The translations under genes were made by a program, and so were the position numbers. Under the pieces are notes generated by a model. It worked only from the letters and a program-made list of their open reading frames with translations. It had not been told where the DNA came from and did no database searches. This document shows positions 39,520-49,049 of a stretch of 52,191 bases of DNA, piece by piece. Each line of letters opens with the position of its first letter. The first letter of the stretch is position 1. The DNA comes from Clostridium sp. (GTDB lineage Bacteria; Bacillota; Clostridia; Clostridiales; Clostridiaceae), in contig JAKSUK010000001.1 of the NCBI GenBank assembly GCA_024409095.1, positions 1 to 52,191 of the forward strand. The letters are read 5' to 3'.

Positions 39520-40296
39520 CTATTTTCCACTCTGTTGATTAAACCAGTCAGTTAAACCTTTAACTGTGGTAATTTTTTCAGGTTCGTCTTTTTCAGCTCC
39601 ACCATGTGTTTTACTTGGTGTTGAAGCATTCTTACTTGCTTTGGAAGCTCTTTCCATTTCTGCTTGAATACCTTGCTGTTTAGCTTGTTCTAATAACTTA
39701 TCAAAATTTTTTAATTTATATTCTGTTAATAAGTCCACTGATTGTGTAAATGGATTTTTACCATCTCTAACCAATTCATTAGCAAATTCTTCTAACTCTT
39801 GATCGTTTAGTCCGAATTTACTTTTTACTTGTTGGAACCCATTAAATGCGTTATTTCTGATAGTTTCAATATTTCTTTCATTCTCTAGAGTCTCTAATCT
39901 ATTAAGTTTCTCTAGTATCTCTGAAGGAATACCTTGTTGTTTAGCTAAAGCTTCTGTAAGCTTTGTTTGTAGTTGAGCCATACTGTCTTTTGATTTAGGA
40001 TCTAAACCTAATACTACTGCAACATCATTAAGCATTTTGTTCTTTTGATTTAATTCGCTTCTCATAAATGCAAAAGCTTGTGCTTGTTTTGTGTTGTCTT
40101 GGTTGTTGTTAGTTGTTTCTGAAGGTTTGTTATCTTCACTTGCATCTTGTTCACCATCTTGTTCAGGAGCTGGGACCTCCTCTGCAGGTGTTTCTTCAGT
40201 ACCTTCGTTTGTTTCTTGAGGTGTTTCTTCTGTTTCTTCTTGGTTAATTCCAAAAGCTTTTAAGAAGTCCTCATTTGAAATTTCTTCATTTTCCAT
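39520..40296 (-). CDS. Capsid scaffolding protein
   Basis: Acidic disordered N-terminus plus coiled coil, between portal and capsid. Confidence 0.7.
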   Translation of the reverse strand: MENEEISNEDFLKAFGINQEETEETPQETNEGTEETPAEEVPAPEQDGEQDASEDNKPSETTNNNQDNTKQAQAFAFMRSELNQKNKMLNDVAVVLGLDPKSKDSMAQLQTKLTEALAKQQGIPSEILEKLNRLETLENERNIETIRNNAFNGFQQVKSKFGLNDQELEEFANELVRDGKNPFTQSVDLLTEYKLKNFDKLLEQAKQQGIQAEMERASKASKNASTPSKTHGGAEKDEPEKITTVKGLTDWFNQQSGK

Positions 40297-40405
40297 ACTA
40301 CCTAAAATTCACTCCTTATTATTATATGTAGGCGACCATACAACTGAGTGTAGAAACTATACACACATTTTTAAGGGACGTGGACACCCTGTTCTACTTA
40401 AATTC

Positions 40406-40434
40406 ATTTTAATATAAAAAAATAGAAATTGCAA
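40406..40434 (-). promoter_or_regulatory. Putative sigmaA-like promoter for scaffold/capsid
   Basis: TTGCAA-17 bp-TAAAAT on the minus strand. Confidence 0.45.
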
Positions 40435-40497
40435 CTATTTTTGTTACAATTTCTATTCAATGGAAAAAATTCGATAAAATTTAAATAATAATGTTTA

Positions 40498-42372
40498 TTA
40501 CATACCTAATCCTGTAGGTAATGGTGCCCCTTCTGGAGCCATTGCTGCTTCAGGCATAATGTTATTTATGTCTGGTTGTATTTCCATTCCTCGTCTAGAT
40601 TGATCTAGAGTTTCTGCTGTTGCAGCCATTGCATCTTCAGGTGCGACGCCTTTAGATACAAGATCAGCATATTGGAATAACACTTGAGAGACATCTTGCA
40701 TTGCATTGTTAATTCTTTCAAGTCCCATACGTTCAAGCATTTGTTCTTTGAATGGAAGGTCTTGCATTTGTAACCATTCTTCTTCAGTTATTAACTGAAT
40801 ACCTTGTTGAGCTTGGTTATATTGCATTTGTTTTTCCATCAAATAATTAGCTGCTTCTGCTATTTTTTGTTTATTTTTTGGCAAATCTGAAGAGATCATA
40901 ATCTCATAGTCAAACAAAGTATCTGTTGGGATATTAGGAAAATCTATCTCTACAGTTTCATAAGTCTTAGTTGTACCTGGTTTTTTACGCATATATTTAC
41001 GTTTAGGTGCATACTCTAGCAAGTTTAGTAAAACTAATCTTGTTAATTGTTTTGTATAAGACTCGTAGTTCATTATCTTAGGTGTGTCAATCATTGTTAC
41101 ACGATTTAACATTTCTTCTGTTCCACCTGTTGTAATGATAGACCCTGTATCTCTACCTGTGTATCTTTGGTCAACACCTGAAACCATCTCAATGCCTTGC
41201 ATTAAGTTTTGTAAGTTTCCTGGTAATGCTGAAGATACTGCAGGATATTCTTGATAATGTACTGCTTTAGAAGCATCTCCATTAACAATAAATGTTTTAT
41301 CAGGATCGTCTCCGTATTTACTGAAAGATCTTATATTAAGACCTGCTTGGTTTGATACAAACTTAGGTGGTCTTTGATTTCTAAATTCAGCTGTTAAGGC
41401 TAGAGATTGCATTATATTAAACGCTGAATTATTAGCAAAAACCTTTGCACATGGGCTTACACCTACTAATTTTTCCCCTGGATCTTCACAATATAAAGGT
41501 ACTATAGGGAATATAGCTGGTTTAATTTCTTTCCATGTTAATATTGTATCGTTGTTAATAATGTGTATTTCGTATAGTTTAGAGTGTTCTTTAACCCAAA
41601 ATACAGTCAAAGTGTAATAATCTTTATCAGGCACTTTGTCTGATCCTGGAAGTTGTGGGATTGGAACAGCTTCATCTGCTTGTTTCATTTTAGATACATA
41701 GTATTTAAACTGTTCTGAGTAAGCTTTGTTTTCTTCGAAAACAGATTTATGATACTTATCGTAAGTACAACAATACCCTGCTGTTTCTAGAGAGATGGCG
41801 AAAGGGTCTCTCATAAACTTAATAGGGTTTATGTTTTTTAAAGTAACATTACCTTTGTATAAAGCATCTCCAGTTCCTGCTGTTAGAGTTTCATCCCACC
41901 CTACTTGAGTATATCCAACATTAAATAATGCTGCATTACTACCTGCTTGGAACTGTAACTGTCCAAAATTACCTATACTCCAAATTCTGTCTAGAGCTAT
42001 ATTTAATTCTGTACAGATTTGTTTATCATCGTCTGATGTAGGAAGAATTGAAGCTGATTTCATTACTGTGTATAGTGAAGCTACTAGATTGTTTTTAACA
42101 TAGCTTATGAAGTTTGTATCTGGTAATATTTGGTATTCTGGGAATTTAGCTTTAATAGCTTTCCAGAAATCACCAGAATCAACTTGTTCTAACTTTTTCA
42201 TACGCTTATGGTCTCTAGCATAATGTTGTTTCATTAGATCCCAATACTCTTGTAATGTTTCAATTTTAATAGGGCATTTGTCTTGTTCTTTACGTGCGAG
42301 CGTTTCTTTATCTTTTTTATTTGATTTTGGTTCTAATGCACTATTATCTTGAATACTATTCATCGTTGGCAT
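40498..42372 (-). CDS. Portal protein (P22-like)
   Basis: 624 aa, between terminase and scaffold; IEMVSGVDQRYTG...ITTGG portal-like motif. Confidence 0.8.
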   Translation of the reverse strand: MPTMNSIQDNSALEPKSNKKDKETLARKEQDKCPIKIETLQEYWDLMKQHYARDHKRMKKLEQVDSGDFWKAIKAKFPEYQILPDTNFISYVKNNLVASLYTVMKSASILPTSDDDKQICTELNIALDRIWSIGNFGQLQFQAGSNAALFNVGYTQVGWDETLTAGTGDALYKGNVTLKNINPIKFMRDPFAISLETAGYCCTYDKYHKSVFEENKAYSEQFKYYVSKMKQADEAVPIPQLPGSDKVPDKDYYTLTVFWVKEHSKLYEIHIINNDTILTWKEIKPAIFPIVPLYCEDPGEKLVGVSPCAKVFANNSAFNIMQSLALTAEFRNQRPPKFVSNQAGLNIRSFSKYGDDPDKTFIVNGDASKAVHYQEYPAVSSALPGNLQNLMQGIEMVSGVDQRYTGRDTGSIITTGGTEEMLNRVTMIDTPKIMNYESYTKQLTRLVLLNLLEYAPKRKYMRKKPGTTKTYETVEIDFPNIPTDTLFDYEIMISSDLPKNKQKIAEAANYLMEKQMQYNQAQQGIQLITEEEWLQMQDLPFKEQMLERMGLERINNAMQDVSQVLFQYADLVSKGVAPEDAMAATAETLDQSRRGMEIQPDINNIMPEAAMAPEGAPLPTGLGM

Positions 42373-42604
42373 CTATATCACCTCCTAAAAAGTCTTGTGT
42401 GAATCTGATGACTTCATTTAAACCATTGCTTAACGCATTTTGTTCTTCAATAGCTTTCTTTTCATCATCAGTTATAGAGGCTGCTTGTGGATGTATTCTT
42501 TCAAAAGATTTGTAGATTTTGATACAAATTGGATATGTGTGTAAGATTACAGGTAATGCAAGTAATGTTATGCATATTATTGTGGTTGTAAAAATAAAAA
42601 TCAT
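42356..42604 (-). CDS. Small membrane protein
   Basis: N-terminal hydrophobic helix; RBS GGAGG. Confidence 0.6.
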   Translation of the reverse strand: MIFIFTTTIICITLLALPVILHTYPICIKIYKSFERIHPQAASITDDEKKAIEEQNALSNGLNEVIRFTQDFLGGDIDANDE

Positions 42605-43108
42605 TTATTCTACCTCCTTAGTTCCTGTACTTCCAAATCCTAAAAAACGAGTATTTTTACTTGGTAAGTCATCGGCTACTACGTGATATTTTTTCAAGAT
42701 CGCTTGTGCTATACGTTCTCCAGCTTCTAGTACTATATCTTCGTCTGTGGTATTATAAAGGATTACACCTATTTCATTTGGATAATAATCTGCATCTACA
42801 ATCCCTGGCGTATTTAAAACTGTCAGACCTCTTTTTAATGCTAAGCCAGATCTAGGTGTAATTTGTAAATATTCATCTGGTTGCATAAATATTGTAAGTC
42901 CTGTATGTGCTAATACCCTACCCCTCGCTGGGACTGTAACAGATAGTGGTGTAGTTAAATCATACCCTGCTGAATGTTTTGTACTACGTCTAGGTATACG
43001 AACATTTAAAGTTTCTACACCTTCTGGTAACGTATGTGCTATTTCGAATCTTGTGTCAAATAGAGAAAGATTACGTGTAGCTTCTAATTCTTCTGAATCT
43101 AAATCCAT
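42605..43108 (-). CDS. dut: Trimeric dUTPase
   Basis: SAGYDL, PRSGLA, GIVDADY, ERIAQ, R..GFGSTG (motifs I-V). Confidence 0.95.
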   Translation of the reverse strand: MDLDSEELEATRNLSLFDTRFEIAHTLPEGVETLNVRIPRRSTKHSAGYDLTTPLSVTVPARGRVLAHTGLTIFMQPDEYLQITPRSGLALKRGLTVLNTPGIVDADYYPNEIGVILYNTTDEDIVLEAGERIAQAILKKYHVVADDLPSKNTRFLGFGSTGTKEVE

Positions 43109-43120
43109 TTTTTATACCTC

Positions 43121-44761
43121 CTAATCAAAAACTGGTGACATGAAACTGTCTTCATTATCGTCTGTATCTTCAAAGAACCATACTGCGTATTCTTGTTCTT
43201 TTTTAGTGTTGTCTGAGAGTGTTAAGTCTTTGGCGTCTTTGTTATAGATACCGTAGACTAAGTTTCTAGGGTCTGCTGGAAGTTCCATCAGAATCCACTC
43301 TAAGCAAACTATTGCGTGATCGTTTTTGTCTACAGGTTTGTCTGTAAACATCTGCTCATCTGATCCCTCTGTTTTAAACTTGTATTCTCTAAGTTGGTTT
43401 ATTAAATATTTACACTTACGCATAATTTTTAAATAACCTAACTCTATGTAAGTGTTAGTTCTAAAAACTCTTGCATCTTTATTAATCGCTCCTGGTTTAA
43501 AGGCTATATTATAATCTAGAAAGTGATCTGCTAAAGCTTTTTTGTCATAATCTCTTTTAGAACCTGATTTAGGATCTATTATAGGTGGACCGACCATACC
43601 TCCTGAAGGTATGTCTCTTGTTATTTCAAAATAAGCTGCAGCTAACTCTGCTATGTTTTTATTGTTCGTGACATATTCATCATATATTATAACTTGCCCT
43701 TTTTCTTCGTCTATTGCTGCTAAAAGATAAACTGAGTCATCACTCAAACCATAATCATACGCTACTAATCTTTTCCAGTGCTTAGGGACTTGAAAATCTT
43801 CTATAACGTGATTTATTGCATTAGGGTATACTAGCCCTGCTGCATACTGAAAAGACCCGTATAAGTATTTCTGAATCCACCACATCGTCTTTCCTTGTGA
43901 GTTTTGCTCTACAAAGTTATCAGGTAAATAAGCATTTACATCTGATGTAGTAATGTGCACTGATACAAAGGGATCTCTATCTTTTGGATCTACATAAAAA
44001 TCGTCATGGATTTGCCCATGTTTATGTATAAATCCAGCTTTTAAAACTACATCAGTCCTTATCCACCCTGAGTCTGGGTTGGATTCTATTACCCCATTTC
44101 TCCAATCTGATAACATTACTGGGATCATCTGTCCGTTTTTATTCTTAAAAACTGGGTCTCCGTTTTTATCCTTCTTTTGAACTCCTGCTGCTGTGTTTCT
44201 TAAACGTGTTTTAAGCTGTGTATAAACCTCTTTTTTACATTCTGAGGCTTCTATAATTAAGAAAAACGTTAAATTGTAGGATCTTATTTTATCTACGTCA
44301 TCGAACGGTCTGAATAGTAGTCTATGCCCGTTCTGGAAATCATAGAAAGCTTTCATTGCTGAAGAGGCTGCTATGAAGTCTTTCGGTAGATCGTACTCTA
44401 TATCACGTTTAATTGTTTGTTCAAACTGGCTTGTTACGTTAGCCCCTACTAATGATGTCCCTGATGGTGTTATAAAGATGTGCTTATAAAGCTCTTCTCT
44501 TGATGTCGTTGTCTTTCCAGATCCGTACCCTCCGAAATTACCTTTGATTAATGTGCTATCTTTGTGTACGGCTACTTGATGCTCTTGGGGTATATACGTA
44601 TTTATGTACGTATTGCATCCTGGGTTCGTACACTCTAGCCAATATTCTGAAGGTGTTCCTGAGATGGCTGTACATTTCTTGGTTGGGTTTTTACACCTCG
44701 GACATTTTGAGAAGTCTCTATAGATTGGTTGTGGGGATGGGGTTGGTTTGGTTGATTCCAT
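43121..44761 (-). CDS. terL: Terminase large subunit with N-terminal Zn finger
   Basis: GGYGSGKT Walker A, IIEASE Walker B, ESNP, YDYG and NDH nuclease residues; N-terminal CPRC...CTNPGC. Confidence 0.9.
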   Translation of the reverse strand: MESTKPTPSPQPIYRDFSKCPRCKNPTKKCTAISGTPSEYWLECTNPGCNTYINTYIPQEHQVAVHKDSTLIKGNFGGYGSGKTTTSREELYKHIFITPSGTSLVGANVTSQFEQTIKRDIEYDLPKDFIAASSAMKAFYDFQNGHRLLFRPFDDVDKIRSYNLTFFLIIEASECKKEVYTQLKTRLRNTAAGVQKKDKNGDPVFKNKNGQMIPVMLSDWRNGVIESNPDSGWIRTDVVLKAGFIHKHGQIHDDFYVDPKDRDPFVSVHITTSDVNAYLPDNFVEQNSQGKTMWWIQKYLYGSFQYAAGLVYPNAINHVIEDFQVPKHWKRLVAYDYGLSDDSVYLLAAIDEEKGQVIIYDEYVTNNKNIAELAAAYFEITRDIPSGGMVGPPIIDPKSGSKRDYDKKALADHFLDYNIAFKPGAINKDARVFRTNTYIELGYLKIMRKCKYLINQLREYKFKTEGSDEQMFTDKPVDKNDHAIVCLEWILMELPADPRNLVYGIYNKDAKDLTLSDNTKKEQEYAVWFFEDTDDNEDSFMSPVFD

Positions 44762-45135
44762 TATATTGCATCTCCAGATGTTTGTCTAGGGGTTTGAGTT
44801 TTGGTTTTTTTGTTTTTGTTTACTACTTCAGACATGTATTTGTCTTCAGCAGCCTTCATTGCCTCTACAGTCAAATCTGGGTGCATTTCATGATCAGGTA
44901 GATATAAGTATAGGATGTTAGATGCTCCTGCGTTATATTTGTCATATAAGTCTTCCTTTAATGTCTGAAGCTCTTCTTCAGTTATTGTCGGTTTGATTGC
45001 ATCTATAAATGCATTCATAAGATGCAATTGTGCTGTGAATGTCATTGTTAATACTTCCAATACATTGGCTGGGGCTGAAGATGTTATTTGTAGTTTGTCA
45101 TCTTCAGTCTTTGTTATTGTTAATGTTATTTCCAT
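44761..45135 (-). CDS. Hypothetical protein
   Basis: RBS AAGGAG; TAATG coupling to terL. Confidence 0.7.
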   Translation of the reverse strand: MEITLTITKTEDDKLQITSSAPANVLEVLTMTFTAQLHLMNAFIDAIKPTITEEELQTLKEDLYDKYNAGASNILYLYLPDHEMHPDLTVEAMKAAEDKYMSEVVNKNKKTKTQTPRQTSGDAI

Positions 45136-45293
45136 GTTTTGCTCCTTTTTATTCTGCTTATTGTTGAAGGATGTACCTTAAATTCGCTTGCAATATCTTT
45201 TGCAGGTATTCCTTGTTTAATTAATGTTTTTATTCGCTCTACGTCCATTCTCGTAAGTTTTACGTGTGGATTTGTTTCTGTTTTGAATGGCAT
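45126..45293 (-). CDS. 55-aa HTH protein missing from the ORF track (MPFKTETNPHVKLTRMDVERIKTLIKQGIPAKDIASEFKVHPSTISRIKRSKTWK)
   Basis: RBS GGAGGTG, directly downstream of a consensus promoter, clear HTH pattern. Confidence 0.8.
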   Translation of the reverse strand: MPFKTETNPHVKLTRMDVERIKTLIKQGIPAKDIASEFKVHPSTISRIKRSKTWK

Positions 45294-45311
45294 AATTCAC
45301 CTCCTAAGTTT

Positions 45312-45349
45312 ATTATAGCATGTGATGCAATTATAGTCAAGATGCAATT
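45312..45349 (-). promoter_or_regulatory. sigmaA promoter of the structural arm with two AATTGCATC boxes
   Basis: TTGACT-17 bp-TATAAT with extended -10 TG; boxes at 45324-45332 and 45341-45349. Confidence 0.85.
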
Positions 45350-45572
45350 TTTATTTTTATAGGTTTGTTGAGTATTGTTTTTAAAACAAACAAAAAATAA
45401 AAAAGAGATATATTTATATATCGTATAGAAGGTAATATATGGAGTTTTAAACCCACCCCCTCATAGAAGGGAGTGATAGTAAAAAACTTCAAATATTTTA
45501 TAGAAAGGAGTGATTGTTATGAATAAGATTAACGATCCAAAAACAAAATTAAATGCGAAAGGAGGAGATAGC

Positions 45573-46370
45573 ATGACATGGGTAGATGTCACTAAAGATT
45601 ATTACAAAAGACAAAAAGGCAAGAAGGCTGTCCATCTACAAAGCAGGTATGAAGAGATATATATCTCAAAGCCTACAGATATAGACTGGATGAATCATAT
45701 GTATACTGAAGATGAACTAGTGGTCAACATTGTTGGTAAGACTAGAGTCCCAGCTAAATTCTATAAAGGAGCTAAAGGTACTACTATATACTTCAAAGCT
45801 TCAAATAAATCCTATAGAGTCTTTGTAGGAGATATAGGATATATCTACATACACATACATAATAAAACAATTAAGAAACCAACTGAATACAAGCAACTAA
45901 GCTTGTTTGATGGAGAGCTACAAAGCTCTTCATCTACATTAAATAATAATGAAGAAAGGAGAATAAAACTTATGAAAAACACTAAAAATAAAAAATATAG
46001 GGCTGATAAGTTCTATTGGTATTTTACAAATGAAGGAGATTGGGCATTTGGTCCAGATCATTATATCATCACTAATCAAGGAGCTTATGAATTTTCAGAT
46101 ACTAAGCTTAGTGCTAAGGAGTTTATAAAGTTCCTAATAGGAGAAGGGTATAAGCCATGTACATATATAAGCATGTATAGAGTAGTGGAAAAATATAACG
46201 AAAGGCTTAAAAAAGAATTAAATATTAAACTACAAGAGCTATATATGTGTGGCTCTCATGATGATATACAAGAGTATAAAATACAGTATAAAGAAGACTA
46301 CAACGCTAAGCTTCTACATACTAAAGGACTAAAAGCAAGATGTAATAAGAGATTCAAGATCTCAGAATAA
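45573..46370 (+). CDS. Early hypothetical protein; probable fusion of two genes (internal RBS and ATG at 45972)
   Basis: RBS GAAAGGAGG before ATG 45573 and GAAAGGAG before ATG 45972; C-terminal half is paralogous to 46458..46868. Confidence 0.65.
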   Translation: MTWVDVTKDYYKRQKGKKAVHLQSRYEEIYISKPTDIDWMNHMYTEDELVVNIVGKTRVPAKFYKGAKGTTIYFKASNKSYRVFVGDIGYIYIHIHNKTIKKPTEYKQLSLFDGELQSSSSTLNNNEERRIKLMKNTKNKKYRADKFYWYFTNEGDWAFGPDHYIITNQGAYEFSDTKLSAKEFIKFLIGEGYKPCTYISMYRVVEKYNERLKKELNIKLQELYMCGSHDDIQEYKIQYKEDYNAKLLHTKGLKARCNKRFKISE

Positions 46371-46457
46371 TTGAATATGCCAGACCTGAGACATGTCTAT
46401 AAACTGTCTCAAATATAATTTAGCACCTATGCGTTAAATAGGAGAAAGAGGTGTATT

Positions 46458-46868
46458 ATGAATACATACAAAAAATTAAATAATAAAAAGTTTAAGGCTG
46501 AGAAAGCCTTTTGGTTCACCACAGATGAAGGGACTTGGAAACATGGTCCAACACATTATGTCATCACTGACTTAGGGGATTATATATATAACCCTAATAA
46601 GTATAGTGATACTGAGGATCTTATAAATTCTTTAATAGAGCAGGGTCATAAACCATGCTCATATGCTCACATGTTTAGGGGAGTTGAATACCATAACAAA
46701 AGGTTTGAAGCAATGTTAGAACATGCACTAGAAGATTTATATTTCTATGGATATGATAAGGAGCCTGGTTTTGAAGAATACAAGGAACAACTCATTTCTG
46801 ATTATAATAACCATTTATTGTATACTACAAGATATATGAAAAAAATTAAGATTTCAGAAATAATCTAA
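46458..46868 (+). CDS. Early hypothetical protein, paralog of 45972..46370
   Basis: NKKFKAEKAFWFTTDEGTWKHGPTHYVITDLG vs NKKYRADKFYWYFTNEGDWAFGPDHYIITNQG. Confidence 0.8.
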   Translation: MNTYKKLNNKKFKAEKAFWFTTDEGTWKHGPTHYVITDLGDYIYNPNKYSDTEDLINSLIEQGHKPCSYAHMFRGVEYHNKRFEAMLEHALEDLYFYGYDKEPGFEEYKEQLISDYNNHLLYTTRYMKKIKISEII

Positions 46869-46869
46869 T

Positions 46870-47690
46870 TAAATTACATAGGTAGGGTAAATATACCCTA
46901 CCGTGTTTAAATAAGCTCAGAATCCATTCTGAGTTTATTTAAGCACATCTAGAAAGGAGGTGCTGAATACTGAGGAAATATATTAACTCTCGGTGGTGGG
47001 GAAAGATTCCACTGCGTAAGCATAGTGTGCTACGCTAGCATATTACTCTTCGCAAGTATCGCTACCTTCGGTGGAGTATTTTACTTCGTAAGGTATCTCG
47101 AAGAGACGTTAACATAAGTGATTACCATAAAAAATATTATGGTACCTTTACATAAAAAATTAAGAGGGTTTCAGGGGTCTAGCCCTTGATATTTCTGGCT
47201 TTTCTCTGTCTCTCTCTTAAAAAAGTTACAGTATTACGTTAACAAGTTGCAGGTAAAAAAAAACTTTTTTTTTATTTTTATAAAAATATATATAAAATAT
47301 ATACTAATATATATATAATCTGCCATTTTTTGTCATATAGTTTTAAAACTACCTGTCACTTTTTGTCATATTATATATATAGATATAAATATATATATAT
47401 ATATAATAATATAATTATATAATAGAAAAGTTAACATAATATTACCCCGATTTTTAGAAACCCAAAATTTCAAAAAATCGCATTTTTTGTCTAAAAAAAT
47501 TGACATTTTTTCAGACTTAGTTTGTAAGGGGGACTAAAAATACACGTCTCTTTTTCACCTCTCATTATAGCATGCAGGTACAAGGCTATATAAAAACCAT
47601 CTCTAAGACTCGAAGTCTTTCGAGTAAACTCTCAGACTTAGAGCCTAAGAGCTGGTTGCCTTGACCTGTATGCCTCCATTCAAGGAGAAA
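46870..47690. other. Long non-coding region with many hairpins, (TA)n tracts and TGTCA repeats; candidate origin or terminus region
   Basis: No long ORF. Hairpins at 46881-46902, 46906-46942 and 47570-47673; AT-rich core 47260-47440. Confidence 0.5.
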
Positions 47691-47733
47691 AATAGACCGA
47701 GCAAGTCGTTAAACTGCCAGAAAGGAGTCATAT

Positions 47734-48546
47734 ATGATGACTAAATTAAATATTGAATTAAATACTAAAGAAAACAAAAACAAAAAAGAACAAAAGAAAA
47801 ACACTCACATTATAGAGACTAGATCTAAAGGAGTACCTAGATTACTTGCTAGACAAGTGAGAATGCTCCCAGAAGCCGATTCATACTTCGTGGGTAATGT
47901 TATAGTTATCTCTAAAGATAAAAGCATTAGAGACTATTCTCAGAGCTTGGGGTTCCCAGCTTATAAGAGAGCCTCTAAGGAATTATTCTATAAGCTATTA
48001 ATGAAAGGTAATTTAGAAGCTATCACACTTCTAGATACACCTTCAGACCAAGCCATGCAAGCTCTAGAATATATATACAAAATAGCCGAGCTTGAAGGCT
48101 ATAGTATAGATATATATCTAGGTACAAAAGAAAATCGCTTTATATGGCATCCTCAGAACACTGAGGCTATAACTAGAAACTCCCCAGGAGAAAACTACGC
48201 CAAGAAGAAAGAAGAATCTAAGTATATAGATTCAGTCTTGGCTGAAAATAGAGAGTTTATCTCTGGATATAGAGAAATCTCAGATATAGATTGGCAGAAA
48301 TGCTATAATCTAGCTCGTGAATATGAGTTAGTATCTGAGAGATTATCTCGCTGGGAAATTATAGAACAGATTAAGTTCTATAGAGCTCATGGCATTAAGC
48401 CTTTGAAGAAGGTTTGTCCAGACTGCCAAGAGCTATATAATCCTAAAGCAGAGCATACTTGCCCTGAAGAAAGATTCATTCGAATCTCGAGAAAGATCTC
48501 TCAGAAAGAAATGAATCTTAAATACGAATTAGAGCTTAGACAATAG
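47734..48546 (+). CDS. Hypothetical protein with C-terminal Zn ribbon
   Basis: RBS AAAGGAG; CPDC...HTC. Confidence 0.75.
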   Translation: MMTKLNIELNTKENKNKKEQKKNTHIIETRSKGVPRLLARQVRMLPEADSYFVGNVIVISKDKSIRDYSQSLGFPAYKRASKELFYKLLMKGNLEAITLLDTPSDQAMQALEYIYKIAELEGYSIDIYLGTKENRFIWHPQNTEAITRNSPGENYAKKKEESKYIDSVLAENREFISGYREISDIDWQKCYNLAREYELVSERLSRWEIIEQIKFYRAHGIKPLKKVCPDCQELYNPKAEHTCPEERFIRISRKISQKEMNLKYELELRQ

Positions 48547-48571
48547 GCTCTAATTCAAAAAAAACCAAAGC

Positions 48572-48599
48572 CAAAGTTCTTGAACTTTGGTTTTTTTTT
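48572..48599 (+). terminator. Intrinsic terminator
   Basis: CCAAAGTT/AACTTTGG stem followed by a long T-tract. Confidence 0.8.
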
Positions 48600-48623
48600 A
48601 ATATATTCAAGGAGGTAATTGAT

Positions 48624-49049
48624 ATGAAAATAAAAATTATTAAAGCTGATTTATTCAGCTTTAAAAACAAGTGCTATTTAGCACATTGCATCAGTAGTGA
48701 CTTCGCTCTAGGTGCTGGGATAGCTGTTCAGTTTAATAAACATTTTAATATGCGTAGCATATTGAAATATAAATACCCAACTTACAGTTGGGATAATGGA
48801 GACTGTATTTTAGAAAATACAGTCTTTAATTTAGTTACAAAAGAAAAATATTGGCATAAGCCAACATATAATACTTTAGAAAAATCTCTCATTAAAATGA
48901 GAGATATAGCTTTACAAAAGAATATTAAAAATATAGCCATGCCTTTGATAGGTTGTGGCTTAGATAGACTTGACTGGGATCAAGTTAAGAGTATTATTGA
49001 AAATGTATTCAATGATACAGATATACAGTTTATAATCTGTATAAAATAG
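48624..49049 (+). CDS. Macrodomain ADP-ribosylhydrolase (Poa1p/TARG1/DarG-like)
   Basis: LAHCISSDFALGAGIA, FNLVTK, IAMPLIGCGLDRLDW. Confidence 0.9.
   Translation: MKIKIIKADLFSFKNKCYLAHCISSDFALGAGIAVQFNKHFNMRSILKYKYPTYSWDNGDCILENTVFNLVTKEKYWHKPTYNTLEKSLIKMRDIALQKNIKNIAMPLIGCGLDRLDWDQVKSIIENVFNDTDIQFIICIK

Noticed and set aside
46860-46902. Third retron-like ncRNA suggested by ATTAAATT
   Set aside because: No ACAACAA, no enclosing IR-G junction, and the adjacent hairpin looks like a terminator.
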